From contig NC_042999.1 of assembly GCF_006345805.1 (NCBI RefSeq), forward strand, positions 82,150,001 to 82,214,000: a stretch of 64,000 nt of DNA, in the 5' to 3' direction. The notes beneath the pieces are model-generated. The model did not search any database and was not told the origin of the DNA. It saw nothing but the letters and a program-made list of their open reading frames with translations. Each line of letters begins with the position of its first letter. Within the stretch, counting starts at the first letter, position 1. The position numbers and the translations under genes are program-made. The stretch is from Octopus sinensis. Taxonomy: Eukaryota. This document shows, piece by piece, positions 1 to 16,224 of this stretch.

Positions 1-15
1 AATGCCATACTCCCT

Positions 16-253
16 TGGCAGAATTTAAGCTCAGAACGTAGCAGCAGACGAAATACGGCGAAATGCGTTGCGGTATTTCGTCTGCCGCTACGTTTTGAGT
101 TCAAATTCCGCCGAGGTCGACTCTGCCTTTCATGCTTTCGGGGTCGATTAAATAAGTACCAGTTACGCACTGGGGTCGATATAATCGACTTAATCCGTTT
201 GTTTGTCCTTTTTTGTCCCCTCTGTGTTTAGCCCCTTGTGGGTAGTAAAGAGA
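16..253 (+). mobile_element. tRNA-derived SINE, family A
   Basis: Contains GAGTTCAAATTCCGCCGAGGTCGAC (B-box-like) and GCCTTTCATxCTTTCGGGGTCGAT..AAGTACCAGT. Near-identical to the copy at 18608-18842. Confidence 0.9.
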
Positions 254-1737
254 TATATATTGATTAGTTATACTCTCACAAACATACTCCCACCCTTCAC
301 TTCTCATAAAAATGGTCACCGCTACAGGTGAAAGAAAGCAGCGAATATATACGAAAACAAAGACAGAAAAAAAAACGGAGAATGTAACAAAAATACAAAT
401 AACAAGACATAACAACAGGTGTCTTTCAACTAAGGACGAATTCATTTAAGCTGGTGTGTGTGGAAATAAAGCCTTACGGCAAGGTTACAAGATTTCACAG
501 GCACAGGGAGGAATATAGATGTTGCACGGATGACGGCCGAACCAAGAAAAGACGATCAGTCTTGACCGAGGACCGGTCACGTAGGGAGAGAAGAAAGAGT
601 TAAAGGCAGTGAGACAGAAGTGAAAAGAGAAAAGCATAAATGAGGTGTGCGCAGCGTATGTTTAGTACTTTCATTGTGAGAGGAAGTGTGCTTTACCAAG
701 AGGAATAAATTATCTCCTGGGTTTGTTTTAGCTAAATTGAGTACAGAACTATCCATGGTAATATTTCGTTTCTCCTTTCCGTTAATTAAAACCTGAAATT
801 ATTTATTCGTTTGCGTGCTTACAAGCTTAATTTCTTACTCCATTTTATGAAAACGCTTGTTTTCCGTCTTGTAAATCTCTATGTATTCCCGCAGTACTAA
901 ATATTAAATACAGTTGGTCATAACTTTTCTTTAAATCTTCTTTCATATTTAACAACCGCTCATTGAAAGAAACTTCGTATTTTTAATTATCGTTAAATGG
1001 CCCTCTAGAAATAAGCGGCGAAATTTACTTAAAGCCTTTCATACATGATGGAATTTTTTGTATCAAAATCTACATACTGCTTACTTTCTCTTCCCAGATT
1101 CTTCAACTAAAAGCAGCCTATTTTCGTTTTCTTGCCCTCCAATATAGCCCGTCCACATTTATTTCGTTTCCCGTCCTCTTTCTATGACAGTTACTCAATA
1201 TATGTGTATAACAATCGCACACATTCAGCTTTTTTCAGTACTTTTAGCTCGAGAGCCCTTGCCGTGCTGGAGCGCTGTCGTTGATTTATAAATATATTAT
1301 AAAAATATATAAACATGTTGAATTCAATTTCAGAAATGCACACACATATATATGTACGTATGTATGTATGTATGTATGTATGCATGTACGTATGTATGTA
1401 TGTATGTATGTATGTATGTATGTATGTATATATATATATTTATATATAATTTCAACAATTGAGGGCAAAATTAATTAATTATTAATCAATTTCACCAAGT
1501 GTTCAGTATGCAAAGGGACCATTCAAGGCGAATTCAAATTATTACATTATATAAAAGGGCTTAGTAAAATAAATTACTTTGCCGCATACTGAACTCATTA
1601 GAAATAGCAGCCAAAAAACTTTTTTAAAGCTATTTCTAATACTTAAAGAAAATCTCTCTCATATATAGTGTTTGCTTAATTCAACTCACAAAAGTTTGGG
1701 GGTAAGGACATCGAAAAATCAAATGCTAAGGTTATTC

Positions 1738-1787
1738 GAGAACGTACGTTTCAAAATTAGGCAAAACAACATTTCTATCATCGGCTC
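1738..1787 (-). ncRNA. Minimal type I hammerhead ribozyme (U4C core variant)
   Basis: Minus strand reads GAG-CCGATGA-tagaaatgttgttttgcctaatttt-GAAAC-GTAC-GTT-CTC. Stem I is GAG/CTC and stem III is the palindrome ACGTACGT. Confidence 0.7.
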
Positions 1788-2415
1788 AGAAATTCCTTGG
1801 TTTGGATTTGGAAACACTGAAAATAAGAACATACCCTTTCGAAGATCTGCTCCCAACTAACAGTGCCACCAAATGATGATAGAAAATGTTGTTTTGACTA
1901 ATCTTGAAACGTACGTTCTCGAATAACCTTAGCATTTGATTTTTCGATGTCCTTACCCCCAAACTTTTGTGAGTTGAATTAAGCAAACACTATATATGAG
2001 AGAGATTTTCTTTAAGTATTAGAAATAGCTTTAAAAAAGTTTTTTGGCTGCTATTTCTAATGAGTTCAGTATGCGGCAAAGTAATTTATTTTACTAAGCC
2101 CTTTTATATAATGTAATACTTTGAATTCGCCTTGAATGGTCCCTTTGCATACTGAACACTTGGTGAAATTGATTAATAATTAATTAATTTTGCCCTCAAT
2201 TGTTGAAATTATAATTAATCTCCCTCTGATTAATGCTTCGGATTTTACCGAAATAAGCATAGTGTTTGATGATTTTAACCCACGCTGGTGGAAAGGGGAG
2301 AACAGAGATTCTTCGCTTGCTTATTTGAATTTGTTGGCACTGTTAGTTGGGAGCAGATCTTCGAAAGGGTATGTTCTTATTTTCAGTGTTTCCAAATCCA
2401 AACCAAGGAATTTCT

Positions 2416-2465
2416 GAGCCGATGATAGAAATGTTGTTTTGACTAATCTTGAAACGTACGTTCTC
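2416..2465 (+). ncRNA. Minimal type I hammerhead ribozyme (U4C core variant)
   Basis: GAG-CCGATGA-tAGAaatgttgttttgactaaTCTt-GAAAC-GTAC-GTT-CTC. Predicted cleavage after 2462. A 5'-truncated copy lacking stem I 5' and C3/N4 lies at 1875-1920. Confidence 0.75.
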
Positions 2466-2701
2466 GAATAACCTTAGCATTTGATTTTTCGATGTCCTTA
2501 CCCCCAAACTTTTGTGAGTTGAATTAAGCAAACACTATATATGAGAGAGATTTTCTTTAAGTATTAGAAATAGCTTTAAAAAAGTTTTTTGGCTGCTATT
2601 TCTAATGAGTTCAGTATGCGGCAAAGTAATTTATTTTACTAAGCCTTTTATATAATATATTTATATATATATATATATATCTATATATATATATATATAT
2701 A

Positions 2702-2769
2702 TAACGGGAAGCTTTATGAAAATAAACAAAAGACGAAGGCAGGTGGAAAACAAACGAACAATTGTATTA

Positions 2770-2772
<3 letters not shown>
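2702..2772 (-). mobile_element. Short fragment of another repeat, probably a PLE pseudo-LTR end
   Basis: Unique 70-bp insert between (TA)n tracts. I recall it resembling a common octopus pLTR end; not verifiable here. Confidence 0.35.
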
Positions 2773-2807
<35 letters not shown>

Positions 2808-2841
2808 TATATATTATATATATATATACATATATATATAT

Positions 2842-2934
<93 letters not shown>

Positions 2935-2937
<3 letters not shown>

Positions 2938-3217
2938 TTGCGGCCAAAATGTTCAGAACGGCATTGTTTTCGTTAGAAAAGTAAGTACAAGTTTTTATCA
3001 AAGTTGTTTTATATTCTATAATTTTGACAGACAATAAATACAATATCATTTGTTATTGTCTGAGATTTTGGTGTAATTTGAGAGGATAATACGAAACTTA
3101 TGGATGATTTAGTGATTTACTGCAAAACCCATGGCGGCCATAAAATAACTTTGATAAAAACTTATACCTACTTTTCTAACGAAAACAATGCCGTTCTGAA
3201 TATTTTGGCCGCAACTG
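2935..3217. mobile_element. Tc1/mariner-type MITE
   Basis: About 80-bp near-perfect TIRs, CAGTTGCGGCCAAAATGTTCAGAACGGCATTG... / ...CAATGCCGTTCTGAATATTTTGGCCGCAACTG, with TA on both sides. Confidence 0.9.
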
Positions 3218-3377
3218 TATATATATATATGTATGTATATATGTGTGTGTGTGTGTGTGAAGTATATTTGCCACTTGAATGTGGCTAATCACTAAGGGTG
3301 GATGCTACTGTAGCTTGTAGCTCCAGGAGAACATCTCCAACTGGCTATTGACACACTTTCTGTGCCCTATCATATAA

Positions 3378-3436
<59 letters not shown>

Positions 3437-4371
3437 TCACGTAGTATTGGATACTTTTCCATTTCTTAGTATCTGGCAGCAGTAAAGCTCCTTAGAAAGC
3501 ATATCAAATGAGAATTATTGTTATGTCCAAGTAAAAGGAGATAATCGGTTATGGAGTGTACTTTACCCTCTGAGTTGAAATCTCGCCAAGGTTATGTTTT
3601 ACCCTTTCGTGTTCGACAAACTAGAGGGATTATTCAGAAGCTATTGCAAAATAGACAATACCATATTATTTAACTGAGAGAGACGAAGGGAAACTGGCTG
3701 TGCATATGTGAGTACATCAGTTTACACCTGAATATTTCCCTATAGATTTCTTGTTACCATCAGCGATGGAAAAGATTGCAACACTGGTGAGGGGAACTTT
3801 TATGCATGGGACCATTTTTTTAATAGAAGTAATGGTGTACTACCAACATAAATAATTGAAACGATATTTGTAAGTTAATACAGTATTTATGCCCACTTTG
3901 CCTCATTTTCAAAGGAACCTCAGTATGTAGATATTTGTGCTTTTACTTAAGATGATCAGGCCTAGCCATCGACTATCTATGCGATGCAATATAACCTGAT
4001 ATTCGATCCGAAAGAATATGTTGGAAAATATTTATATTATACGGGAGAACCGTTATCGAAATATAGAACCTTTATATAATTCATTATTGTATCCAAATCG
4101 TTATTTTGTATTGTGTTGGGGTTCTTGACAAAATCTATGTCACTGCGTCGCAGTTGGTTTGGATGTAAAAGGCTAAAAATCGACAATATCGGATTGTGTT
4201 TATCTATAGTCGTATTTGTTATCGATACTGCTGAACCAGTTTATGCCATCAATACTTTTATGCTGCTGACGTAGTTTTCAGATTTCCTTAATATTATTCA
4301 CCGTAAGGATTAGTTTCGTACGTTTAATTAACAGACATTAATGGTAGGTGCAATGTTTTGTGACCATTAAT

Positions 4372-4792
4372 ACTCTTTTACTCTTTTTCTCTTTTATTTG
4401 TTTCAGTCATTTAAATGTGGACATGCTGGAGCACCGCCTTTAGTCGAGCAAATCAACTCCAGGATTTCTTTTTTGTACGCCTAGTACTTATCCTATCGGT
4501 CTCTTTTGCCGAACCGCTAAATTACGGGGACGTAAACATACCACCATCGGTTGTCAAGCGATGTAGGAGGGGCAAACATAGGTACACAAATACACACAAA
4601 CATACACATACACATATATACATATATACGACGGGCTTCTTTCAGTTTCCGTCTACCAAATACACTCAAGGCTTTAGTCCGCCCGAGGCTATAGTAGAAA
4701 ACACTTGCCCAATGTGCCACGCCGCGGGACTGAACCCGGAACCTTGTGGTTGGTAAGCAGGCTACTTACCACACAGCCACTACTACGCCTAT
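4372..4792 (-). mobile_element. tRNA-derived SINE, family B (CORE-like)
   Basis: Reverse complement of the full copy at 54151-54565. Confidence 0.9.
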
Positions 4793-5655
4793 AATGGTTA
4801 ACAATCCTCAGCGTCTACCAAATATCCTTAGTCAACTACGTAGTTTTAAGTTATGATTTCGGCCTCAATGAGATATTCTATGCATTAGTGCTAATTTTCA
4901 TAGAGTTGTATATAATGTTAGTAATGAATAGTTATTTGACCACATCATATAGGTACGTAATTTGGTTTGAAAATAATTATTGGACTATTGAATATCCTAA
5001 TTTATTATTTATAAGGTTTTTCAATTTAGTTTGGATGTCATTATTGTGTATATGAAATTTTGTCCTTGCTGTTATTTAAAGGATATCGGATTCAGAGATT
5101 CCAGCATCTTAGTTTTGGAAGGAGCATCGTTTTTCTAATAGATTTTTGTATAGTGTTTCATCGATTAGAGCAGTGTGGAAAAAATGACACTTTGCAGCAC
5201 GTCCTTTGGGACATGTGTAGTGGAGACCTATAGTCTATTCCATACAAAATCAATATTAATAATCACCATAATTGAGTATGTTTGTGTGTGTGTGCCTCCG
5301 CGCGTGTATGCGCGTGTTTGTGTGTGCGCGTGCGGTTCCCAATGTTAATTTCCAACCTTGTTCTGCCTCGGAGAATGTGCGAGTATGTATGTGAATATGT
5401 TTATTATGCATAAACTCTTCAGTGAGCAGATGGATGAAAGCCCGCAATTTGAAACAAAATAAAAACTCACAGATCTCAAGATACATAACAATTAACTAAA
5501 ACTAATAAACTAGTGCTCTAACATATCAAAATAAAGGATAAATTACCATTTAAAATGTAACTGATTGACCAAAATGGCAATTATTTCAGTGATATCGAAT
5601 TATACGGTGTTACGAAAAGACACAAGCGTACAGACACACACATATATTTTATACA

Positions 5656-5747
<92 letters not shown>

Positions 5748-5811
5748 ACGAATGGTCTACATCTGATTGGTTACTGGTAAAGCACGGTCACTTTCTCAAT
5801 GATCGTTAGGT

Positions 5812-6460
5812 ATATGGCAAATGAAAGACGGAAGATGGAATATAGGAGAATTTATTATTAATCACGACAATTGTTTCGACACATCTAGCATCGATTCCTC
5901 TTGGGTGGGACACTCAACAATTAGTAAAGGCGTATCCGGAGGTGCAGATGTATCTCGTTGGGTGATTAACAAATACAAGTCGTTAAAATGACTGTTCCGC
6001 AATGTAACTTGCCGTTTTCTAGAGAGAAAAGCAGCCAGACGGAGGAAATATCTTCATTTATATAGAGGGTCAAAAATAAAATCACAGATGGCAAAAAAAA
6101 AAAACGAAAACGCAAACCAGCGCGAAAAGTATTTAGAATAACCGTTAACAGATATGTACGTATAAACGCTCTCGGGCAAGCTGCACGTCGCGAGTACACT
6201 CGCGCATGCAAGTACCTGCAAAAATGTGAGTACACGCACACGTGTGGTTTGGTGCACTTATGATCACGAAGCTAGTTAGTTATCTACCTGGGGTTCATAG
6301 GAATGGGGAGGTTAAAAATTGAACTTAGGTCATGCATACCTTAAAGAAAATTAAGTTAAGTTAACGGTTACTCAAAATTCATTCTCACTAGATGTGTCGA
6401 AACAATTGTGATTAATAAGAATTCTCGTATATTCCATCTTCCGTCTTTCATTTGCCATAT
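5812..6460 (-). mobile_element. PLE-like insertion with inverted terminal pLTR segments (5812-5887 vs 6388-6460)
   Basis: About 75-bp near-identical inverted repeat containing GAAAC-AATT-GTC, the 3' half of an HHR with a palindromic stem III. Confidence 0.6.
5863..5907 (-). ncRNA. Decayed hammerhead ribozyme
   Basis: CAC-CCAAGA-GGaatcgatgctagatgtgTC-GAAAC-AATT-GTC-GTG. The core is one base short of CUGANGA. Confidence 0.45.
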
Positions 6461-6467
6461 ATTTGTG

Positions 6468-6520
<53 letters not shown>

Positions 6521-7761
6521 ATTACACACACACATACACATACACATGTATCATTGCTATTATGTTAAACTTTTGTATATCCAAATTTGGCCAAATGCAT
6601 TTTATCAATATGTATCTTTGTTTGCAATAGCCGCTGCTTCAGATGCGAAGATATCAAAATTTGTCAAAGTATAGTACAATGGTTTTATTACGGAATGGCG
6701 AAACACTTTTTTACCGTTTTCTGAAAAAGCAACGTTTTGGACTTACGACACTTTCGCATAATAACAGCAATATATATTCTGGATAAATAAAAGAATTCGC
6801 GAACGTAGGAAGGTTATGCATACATACATATATACATACTTACACAGAAGTACACACGCACGGATATCCGTTTACTCGTCCTTTATTTTATTCCCGCTTT
6901 TATGTTTGATAAAATTATATTATATTTTTATAACTGACAAGTAATAGGGGATGTCATGAATAGCAGTGTAGCATAGAAAACAGAAAATACACCAACTCTC
7001 AGATGCACATATAGATAGACACAAAACATCCTCATATACATGCATTTACATGAATCCCCAAATTTATAAGCGATATCAGAAATTATTACGTTCATAATCA
7101 TAGGTAAATGTATATAAATGCCGGCATATTTAGTTGGATTAATGTGAAGCTTTTTACATAATGGTGCCATTTGCATTGTCATATCGTTATTTTTCTCTTT
7201 CTATCTTTCTGCCTATTCCTCTGTCTCTTTTCCTCTCTCTTTGTCTTCCCCCTCTCTCTTTCTCTCTTAGACTCTGCATAAGTATATAGATAGATAGATT
7301 GATACACAGTGAGAGAGGGAGAGAAAGGCATACACAGATACTCTCACCGAGGGATAGAGAATGTATTCATGGTCCTTTGGTATTCAGCTCCAAAGGGATT
7401 ATAAATATATAAATATATTGGTCTTTTCCGTCCTTAAAAATAACAGAGCAGCCATTGAAAGCATTATTTCTGTCTATTTTTTCAAAATTTTAATCTAATT
7501 TGTTTCATTTCTATTTTTGCTTATCTTTCATATCGGAGTATCGATTATTTATAAAATGTGACATCGATGTTAGCTCATCACATTACAAACTATAGAAAAA
7601 TACAGGAAATGTGTGAGAACATGCGCATTTTCCTAGAATGTTTTGAATCAGTAAAATAAAAGCCGATTAGAATCTTAGAAGCTACACACATTTAAACGCA
7701 CACACAAGCACACACACCACTATATATATGTGTGTGTGTATGTATGTATGTATGTATATAG

Positions 7762-8030
7762 TGAAGGCGTGTGGCACAGTGTTTAAGGTAATCGGCTCAC
7801 AATCGCAAGGCTGTGAGTTCTATTCCAGAAGGCGCGTTGTGTCCTTGAGCAGGGTACTTTATTTCACGACGCTCTTCTTGATCATTGCATTGCTCGTATG
7901 TATCTTTATTGTGGGCTTCTGGCGGTTTTGGAGCCTTGGCTCTGATTTTAGCAAGTAGTATTATATGCCCTACTGATTTTAAATTTGCCCAATATTGTGC
8001 CTGTAACCTTGTGAACTTAGTGGCCACCTT
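7762..8030 (+). mobile_element. tRNA-derived SINE, family C (diverged)
   Basis: A-box-like GGCGTGTGGCACAGTGTTTAAGG, B-box-like GAGTTCTATTCC, and CORE-like TTGTGTCCTTGAGCAGGGTACTTTATTTCAC. Confidence 0.7.
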
Positions 8031-8321
8031 ATTATTACCTTATTAATAACGGTAATAATACATCTTTATTCAAAATTTATTCTTGCTCACGATACTGTAA
8101 GGAACGTACACGAGTTAATGCAGTGAATACTTTAGAAAAAGATGTTAAAATGTTATTTCCAACTGAAGGTCCCAGATTATGTTGGTCATGCAGATAGTAA
8201 AATCAATTGGTATTGAAATATACATTACTTACTGATGTATTCAACGCAAAGAGAAACATGTTTCTAATATGTTCATTGTATTACTCGTGTGAATCTTTAT
8301 TGTGAGTTTACGGTGGTTTTG

Positions 8322-8460
8322 GATTATAATTTAGGGTATCTAAGAGATACCTCCACGCTGGAAACAGCAGCCAAAACTTGACTCTAAAACCATATTAAAT
8401 GTTCATACCTAATCAGGAGAGAAGACAAAAGGTCAAAATGAGCTAGCAAAAATTTACTTG
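8322..8460 (+). mobile_element. Left-end fragment of the TIR element seen at 16465-16680
   Basis: TATAATTTAGGGTATCTAAGAGATACCTCCACGC...AACTTGACTCTAAAACCA matches 16470-16600. Confidence 0.65.
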
Positions 8461-8639
8461 CAAAGACTTGCAAAGCCAAACAAAGCATTTGATAGTCTGT
8501 ACAAACGTGTGTGGAACAACAATCATCTTAATATCAGTACAAAAGTCAGAGTCTACAGGTTTGTTGTTCTCACGACGTTCCTATTTGGCTCTGATTCCTA
8601 GGTCCCCTACTGCTATCATTTCAGACTCCTCGAACATTT

Positions 8640-8840
8640 TTACTAAACACTGCCTCCGTACCATCCTCAATTTTTGCTAGAGCGACTACATCACTAGGAC
8701 TGAGTTTCTCGAGTGAGCAAAGATCACCAGCCTGGAAGCCATTTTACTTAAGATATGACTGCGTTGGGAAGAACACGGTGACAGGATTAAAAGATCACCG
8801 CCTATCCAAGATCATCATGTACGGTGAGCTCAGTACCGGT
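8640..8840 (+). pseudogene. RTE-clade LINE C-terminal fragment (degraded)
   Basis: Translates as HCLRTILNFC*SDYITRTEFLE*AKITSLEAILLKI*LRW...DHRLSKIIMYGELSTG, a typical RTE ORF C-terminus. Confidence 0.8.
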
Positions 8841-9019
8841 CCCTTAGCCTTTGTCACACTGATTATCGTGACTGGTCCCGTCTAACTGCTGACCGTGTCG
8901 CTTGGCGCAATATCGTCACCGATTTTGTTTCCCTCTTTGAGATCTGTCACAGTGCCTCTCTTGAAGACAAACGTCAGACGCGAGAAAACAACGCAGCAGC
9001 ATCATTGGACGCTGAACAT

Positions 9020-9380
9020 CATCTTCATCATCATTGTTCGACCATGTTCGAGACAATGGAATTTACCATGCTACGCCAGACCTCACGGTCCATCATGGCG
9101 TTACGGAGGTCCTGTTGCTGGATGCCTGTATCCCTGGAGATTACATCAGGGTAGGAGAGTGTGCGCCCTCTGGTATTGCGAGAAGATGGCTTCCAGAGGA
9201 GAACAGTAGAAATTACCTCTTTTTCAGCTCTACAACAATTTCCAGCAAACTGGACTCTCTTACTCTTCACAACCATACCCGTCATCACTGAAATCGGGTA
9301 TGTCGATCCCACATCGGCCTTATCAGCCACGAACGAGCGTGCAGATGACGTGGACAAGAACCTTCCTAATCTTCCTTAGC
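9020..9380 (-). mobile_element. RTE/RTE-X LINE 3' end with (TGA)n tail
   Basis: ORF ends ...RGRTLSYPDVISRDTGIQQQDLRNAMMDREVWRSMV..EQ* followed by TGATGATGA. The same terminal 30 nt recur at about 17828-17860. Confidence 0.8.
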
Positions 9381-10984
9381 GAAGCCAAGCCATGGTGATT
9401 GGTATCGTTGTGTCTAAGCGAAATCACCACAAACGAACTCACATACACTCACACACACACGTACACACACACATACACATAACCACACATTCACGGCAGT
9501 TATGCCAGCTTCATTTTAGTTGTAAAATATGCCTCATGAGACGAGATTATTGAAGAGTTTGAACTCCTCTATTCAATCTTATGAAATAATGAAACTCAGA
9601 CTGTTATTGACATTTTCGGCTTTGAAATATTGCATTATGTAATTCCTTCGCATATCCCTGTAGATCTGTTTGAGGGTTATCGTTTGGCACCTGGATACAG
9701 CATAGGACCATTGATGTAATACGACTTGTTTATTATTCATTTACACTCTTAACTCTATAAAACGAAAGTAAGGTTGACACCCAATGCTAAATAGTCAGTC
9801 AGCCACCCAGAGAAATCAAATTGTGTTTGTCTACAGCTAATGCAAGTTACACTACTATACGAGTTGAAGTTCTATGTTTCACATAATAATAATAATTACA
9901 TCCGCTATAATTAACTTATGAGGAATATTAGCTGATAAAATTTTATTCGGCAAATTAACAAACTATTAGATTAAACTAATCAGTAATTGTCTAATTTAAT
10001 TTCCATAAAGGAAATTAAATTAGTTGTCCAATGACCCGTTTGATGTTTCTTCTCGCTTCTGTTTTCGTCAGATATTATACAAAACAGATAATAAGCAATC
10101 TATTTCTTTTACACAGCAGGCAAAAGAAATAATGTCCAAACATCAAGTTTTCTGTGATTATTTGCTTCACTATGGGTAACGAGCGGTTTCCATTAATATA
10201 GTGATAAGCTATACTAATTGATGTTCATTAAATAAAAAATGTGCTGTGACTATTTTCGAAATAGCATGAACGTCTGCAGAACATTACACGATAGTTTAAT
10301 CCGACGATACAGAACACTGTCATTTATCTCGCTTTATATGCTGCACAGAGAAGGTTTCATCACACCGAAACATATCCGGAGTTGTCACCCATACTTCCTG
10401 GAATAAATTAAGTAATAATATTTATTGACTAGTAGTGTCTATTTACTCCAGCAAATAATTATTCGTAAATTGCTTCTTAATACTTTATATACAATGACAC
10501 TAACATAACTATTATTTATTTCTTTTTCGCCAGTAGAGACAGTGTTTTATGTTATATTTTCTCCGGAATATTTTCATAAATTGTCGAGTAAGAGATACGT
10601 TTTTCGAGGGTTTCACACTCGTTGATGCATATGCAGAATGTATTATTTGTAAGAAAGCTTCAAAGGAATAGGGAAGCACTGCTGGGGAAATCATGGTGAT
10701 TTGGTACACGTAAGTATATAGCATCTGTAAGGCTTATTAGATTTCAAATTTGGTGAGCGCCAGTGGATGTACATGTTGGAAATTGCGATGATCAGTCATG
10801 TGTGTATGTGTGCTTGTGTGTGTGTGTGTGTGTGTGCGTGTGTTTCTTTGTGCGTGTGTTTCTTTGACAAAACGAAAGTAGACAGGTAATTCATGAATGT
10901 ACTATTCTGGAAGTAGACTGTGTGGTTAAAATGTTTGATACAATTCCTATCGATAGCTGTATCGATATTTGTATCGGTTTAAGG

Positions 10985-11190
10985 CGACGAACTGGCAGAA
11001 TTGTTAGCAGGTTGCCCAAAATGCTTAGAGGCATGTCGTCCGTCTTAAGGTTCTCAGTTTCAAATTCCACCGACATTGACTTCGCCTTTCATCCTTTCAG
11101 GATTGATAAACATGAACACTGGGGTTCATGTAACCGACTTGCTTTCTCCTCCGGTATTGCTGGCCTTGTACCAAAATTGGAAACCAATAT
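10985..11190 (+). mobile_element. SINE family A, diverged
   Basis: CTGGCAGAATTGTTAGCA...TTCAAATTCCACCGAC...GCCTTTCATCCTTTCAGG. Confidence 0.75.
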
Positions 11191-12119
11191 TTGTATTGCT
11201 ATTCTAAAGAATAGTTAATATATTGACGTGGTCAACTTTCTTTTCATCCACAAAATTTCGATAACCAGACAACACTTTGGTGGGAGAGGAGCAGCAATGA
11301 ATGTAAAACCCTACTCTCAAATTATTGCTTTCTTTCTAAATTAAAAATAATTATTACTCAGCTTTAATTAGGAATGAATTTCGACACACATGAAACTACA
11401 GATACATTAGATCTTATTCTAGTTTTTAACAGTTACTGTACTCTTTATAATTGAGAAGGCAATGTAGTGGGCATAAATTTGTGTAGGGTCTCTCACAATT
11501 TACACATTAGCACTCACATACACGCACATATGCATATAAGAATGTGTACGTGCGCGCGTGTGTGTATATATATAGAGAGAGAGCAAATAGAGATGGAGAG
11601 AGAATGATATAATGGTAGTGAATAGCATCGCTCATTGTCGATAATGCAAAGGACATTGTATAAAACAGTACATTGAGAAACACGTTTACATGACAATGAC
11701 ATCTGTCTATGAAATTTAAACAACGGAGGATCTGAATTCAATACAGGCTAATAAACCATACATCATTTACACAGTAATACTGCTCACTACCAACCTGAAC
11801 TGTTGCTCAAATTTAGTATTTATTTACAGTTGTGTGAAGTCGGATATTGAGAGTTAACAGTTTAAGTCATTAACAGCGCAATGCACGTTCAGAATACGAA
11901 TCAATGTCCGATTGGCTACTTGCCCAACGCTATCAGATCGGCCGCATATGGTTGTCCATAAAACATTTCTGAAAGAGGTATATTTTGTTAAACTCTCTAT
12001 ATCTTTCTATTTCCCTTCTTTCATCCATCCTTCTTCCACTTCAGTCACACTCTAACTCTGTAGCATTCTCTCAAACATTTCTTTCTCGGTTGATTTAATA
12101 TTTCAGTGCATATTTTTTA

Positions 12120-12490
12120 TCTTTTATTTATTTGGGCCATTAGACTACAGCCATGCTGGGGCACGGCCTTGAACGAATTTTAATCGAAGGATTCGCACAC
12201 AGTATTTTATATTATATTTTTTCAGCTTGATATTTATTCTATCGGTCTTTTTGCCGGACTACTAAGTTACGGGGGAAGAAAATATACAACAGGTTGTCAA
12301 GTAATGGATTCAAATGACAAAAACACAAAAATACATAGATTCTTTCAGTTTCGTCTACCAATTCCACTCACAAGGTTTCGATCGGCTCAAGACTAAAGTA
12401 AAAAAAAACTTGCCCTCGGTGCCACGCATTGGGACTAAACATGATACCATGAGGTTGAGAAGCAAACGGCCTACCACACAGCCACGCCTG
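12120..12490 (-). mobile_element. SINE family B, diverged
   Basis: Collinear similarity to 4372-4792 (CAGCCATGCTGG..GCAC, TCTTTCAGTTTC..TCTACCA, ACCACACAGCCAC). Confidence 0.75.
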
Positions 12491-12549
12491 AGACAATATA
12501 AACAATGAAAAGAAAACGTGTCTGTATGTTTAAGTACTTCCGATAGAAG

Positions 12550-15830
<3,281 letters not shown>

Positions 15831-16224
15831 AATTTTGAAGTTCATCCAAATTAATAACAAGAAAACAAAAACAAATTAATAAAGGTTATATAGAATCTGA
15901 GATGATAATAATACGCAATATCTCCAAATCCCTAGATGCATGATCGTTATATCTCGTTTTCACACAACTTCTGCCCATCAGCAACAGAAAAACTATTTTT
16001 TCTTCTCGTGTGTAAGTGTGGTAATGTATTTGTAAAAATTTTATATGTACAGAGCGTACACGAAAGTCAGCCCTGTAGAATTTTGTATCAGATTTAATTT
16101 GTAATAATGTATATAATATTCAATAAGGTATTTTGGAACAAATAAAACACCTATACTTTAGAGTCTAAATGTGCGCGCGTTTGTATGCGTGTGTATGTGT
16201 ATATGTATCTATACTCGTATATAC

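Larger units (their letters stand above)
1446..2656 (+). mobile_element. Young HHR-bearing PLE pseudo-LTR / retrozyme-like array: one antisense arm (1446-1874) followed by about 1.4 tandem sense monomers (1875-2656)
   Basis: 1875-2212 is the reverse complement of about 1782-1446, and 2329-2656 is the reverse complement of about 1874-1546, with only a handful of differences. Each copy contains an HHR motif. Flanked by (TATG)n/(TA)n. Confidence 0.85.

Noticed and set aside
2221-2272. CTGATTA...CGG/CCG-AAAT hairpin in the spacer of the young array as a second HHR
   Set aside because: G8 is missing, stem II is not adjacent to the core, and there is no valid stem I/III; it is only a stem-loop.
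2190-2417. 75-aa ORF ending at the HHR as a PLE endonuclease C-terminus
   Set aside because: No GIY-YIG or Cys/His motifs recognisable in any frame.
1446-2656. Repeats as a CRISPR array or prokaryotic system
   Set aside because: No repeat-spacer periodicity, no cas or operon-like ORFs; the window is clearly eukaryotic repeat-rich DNA.
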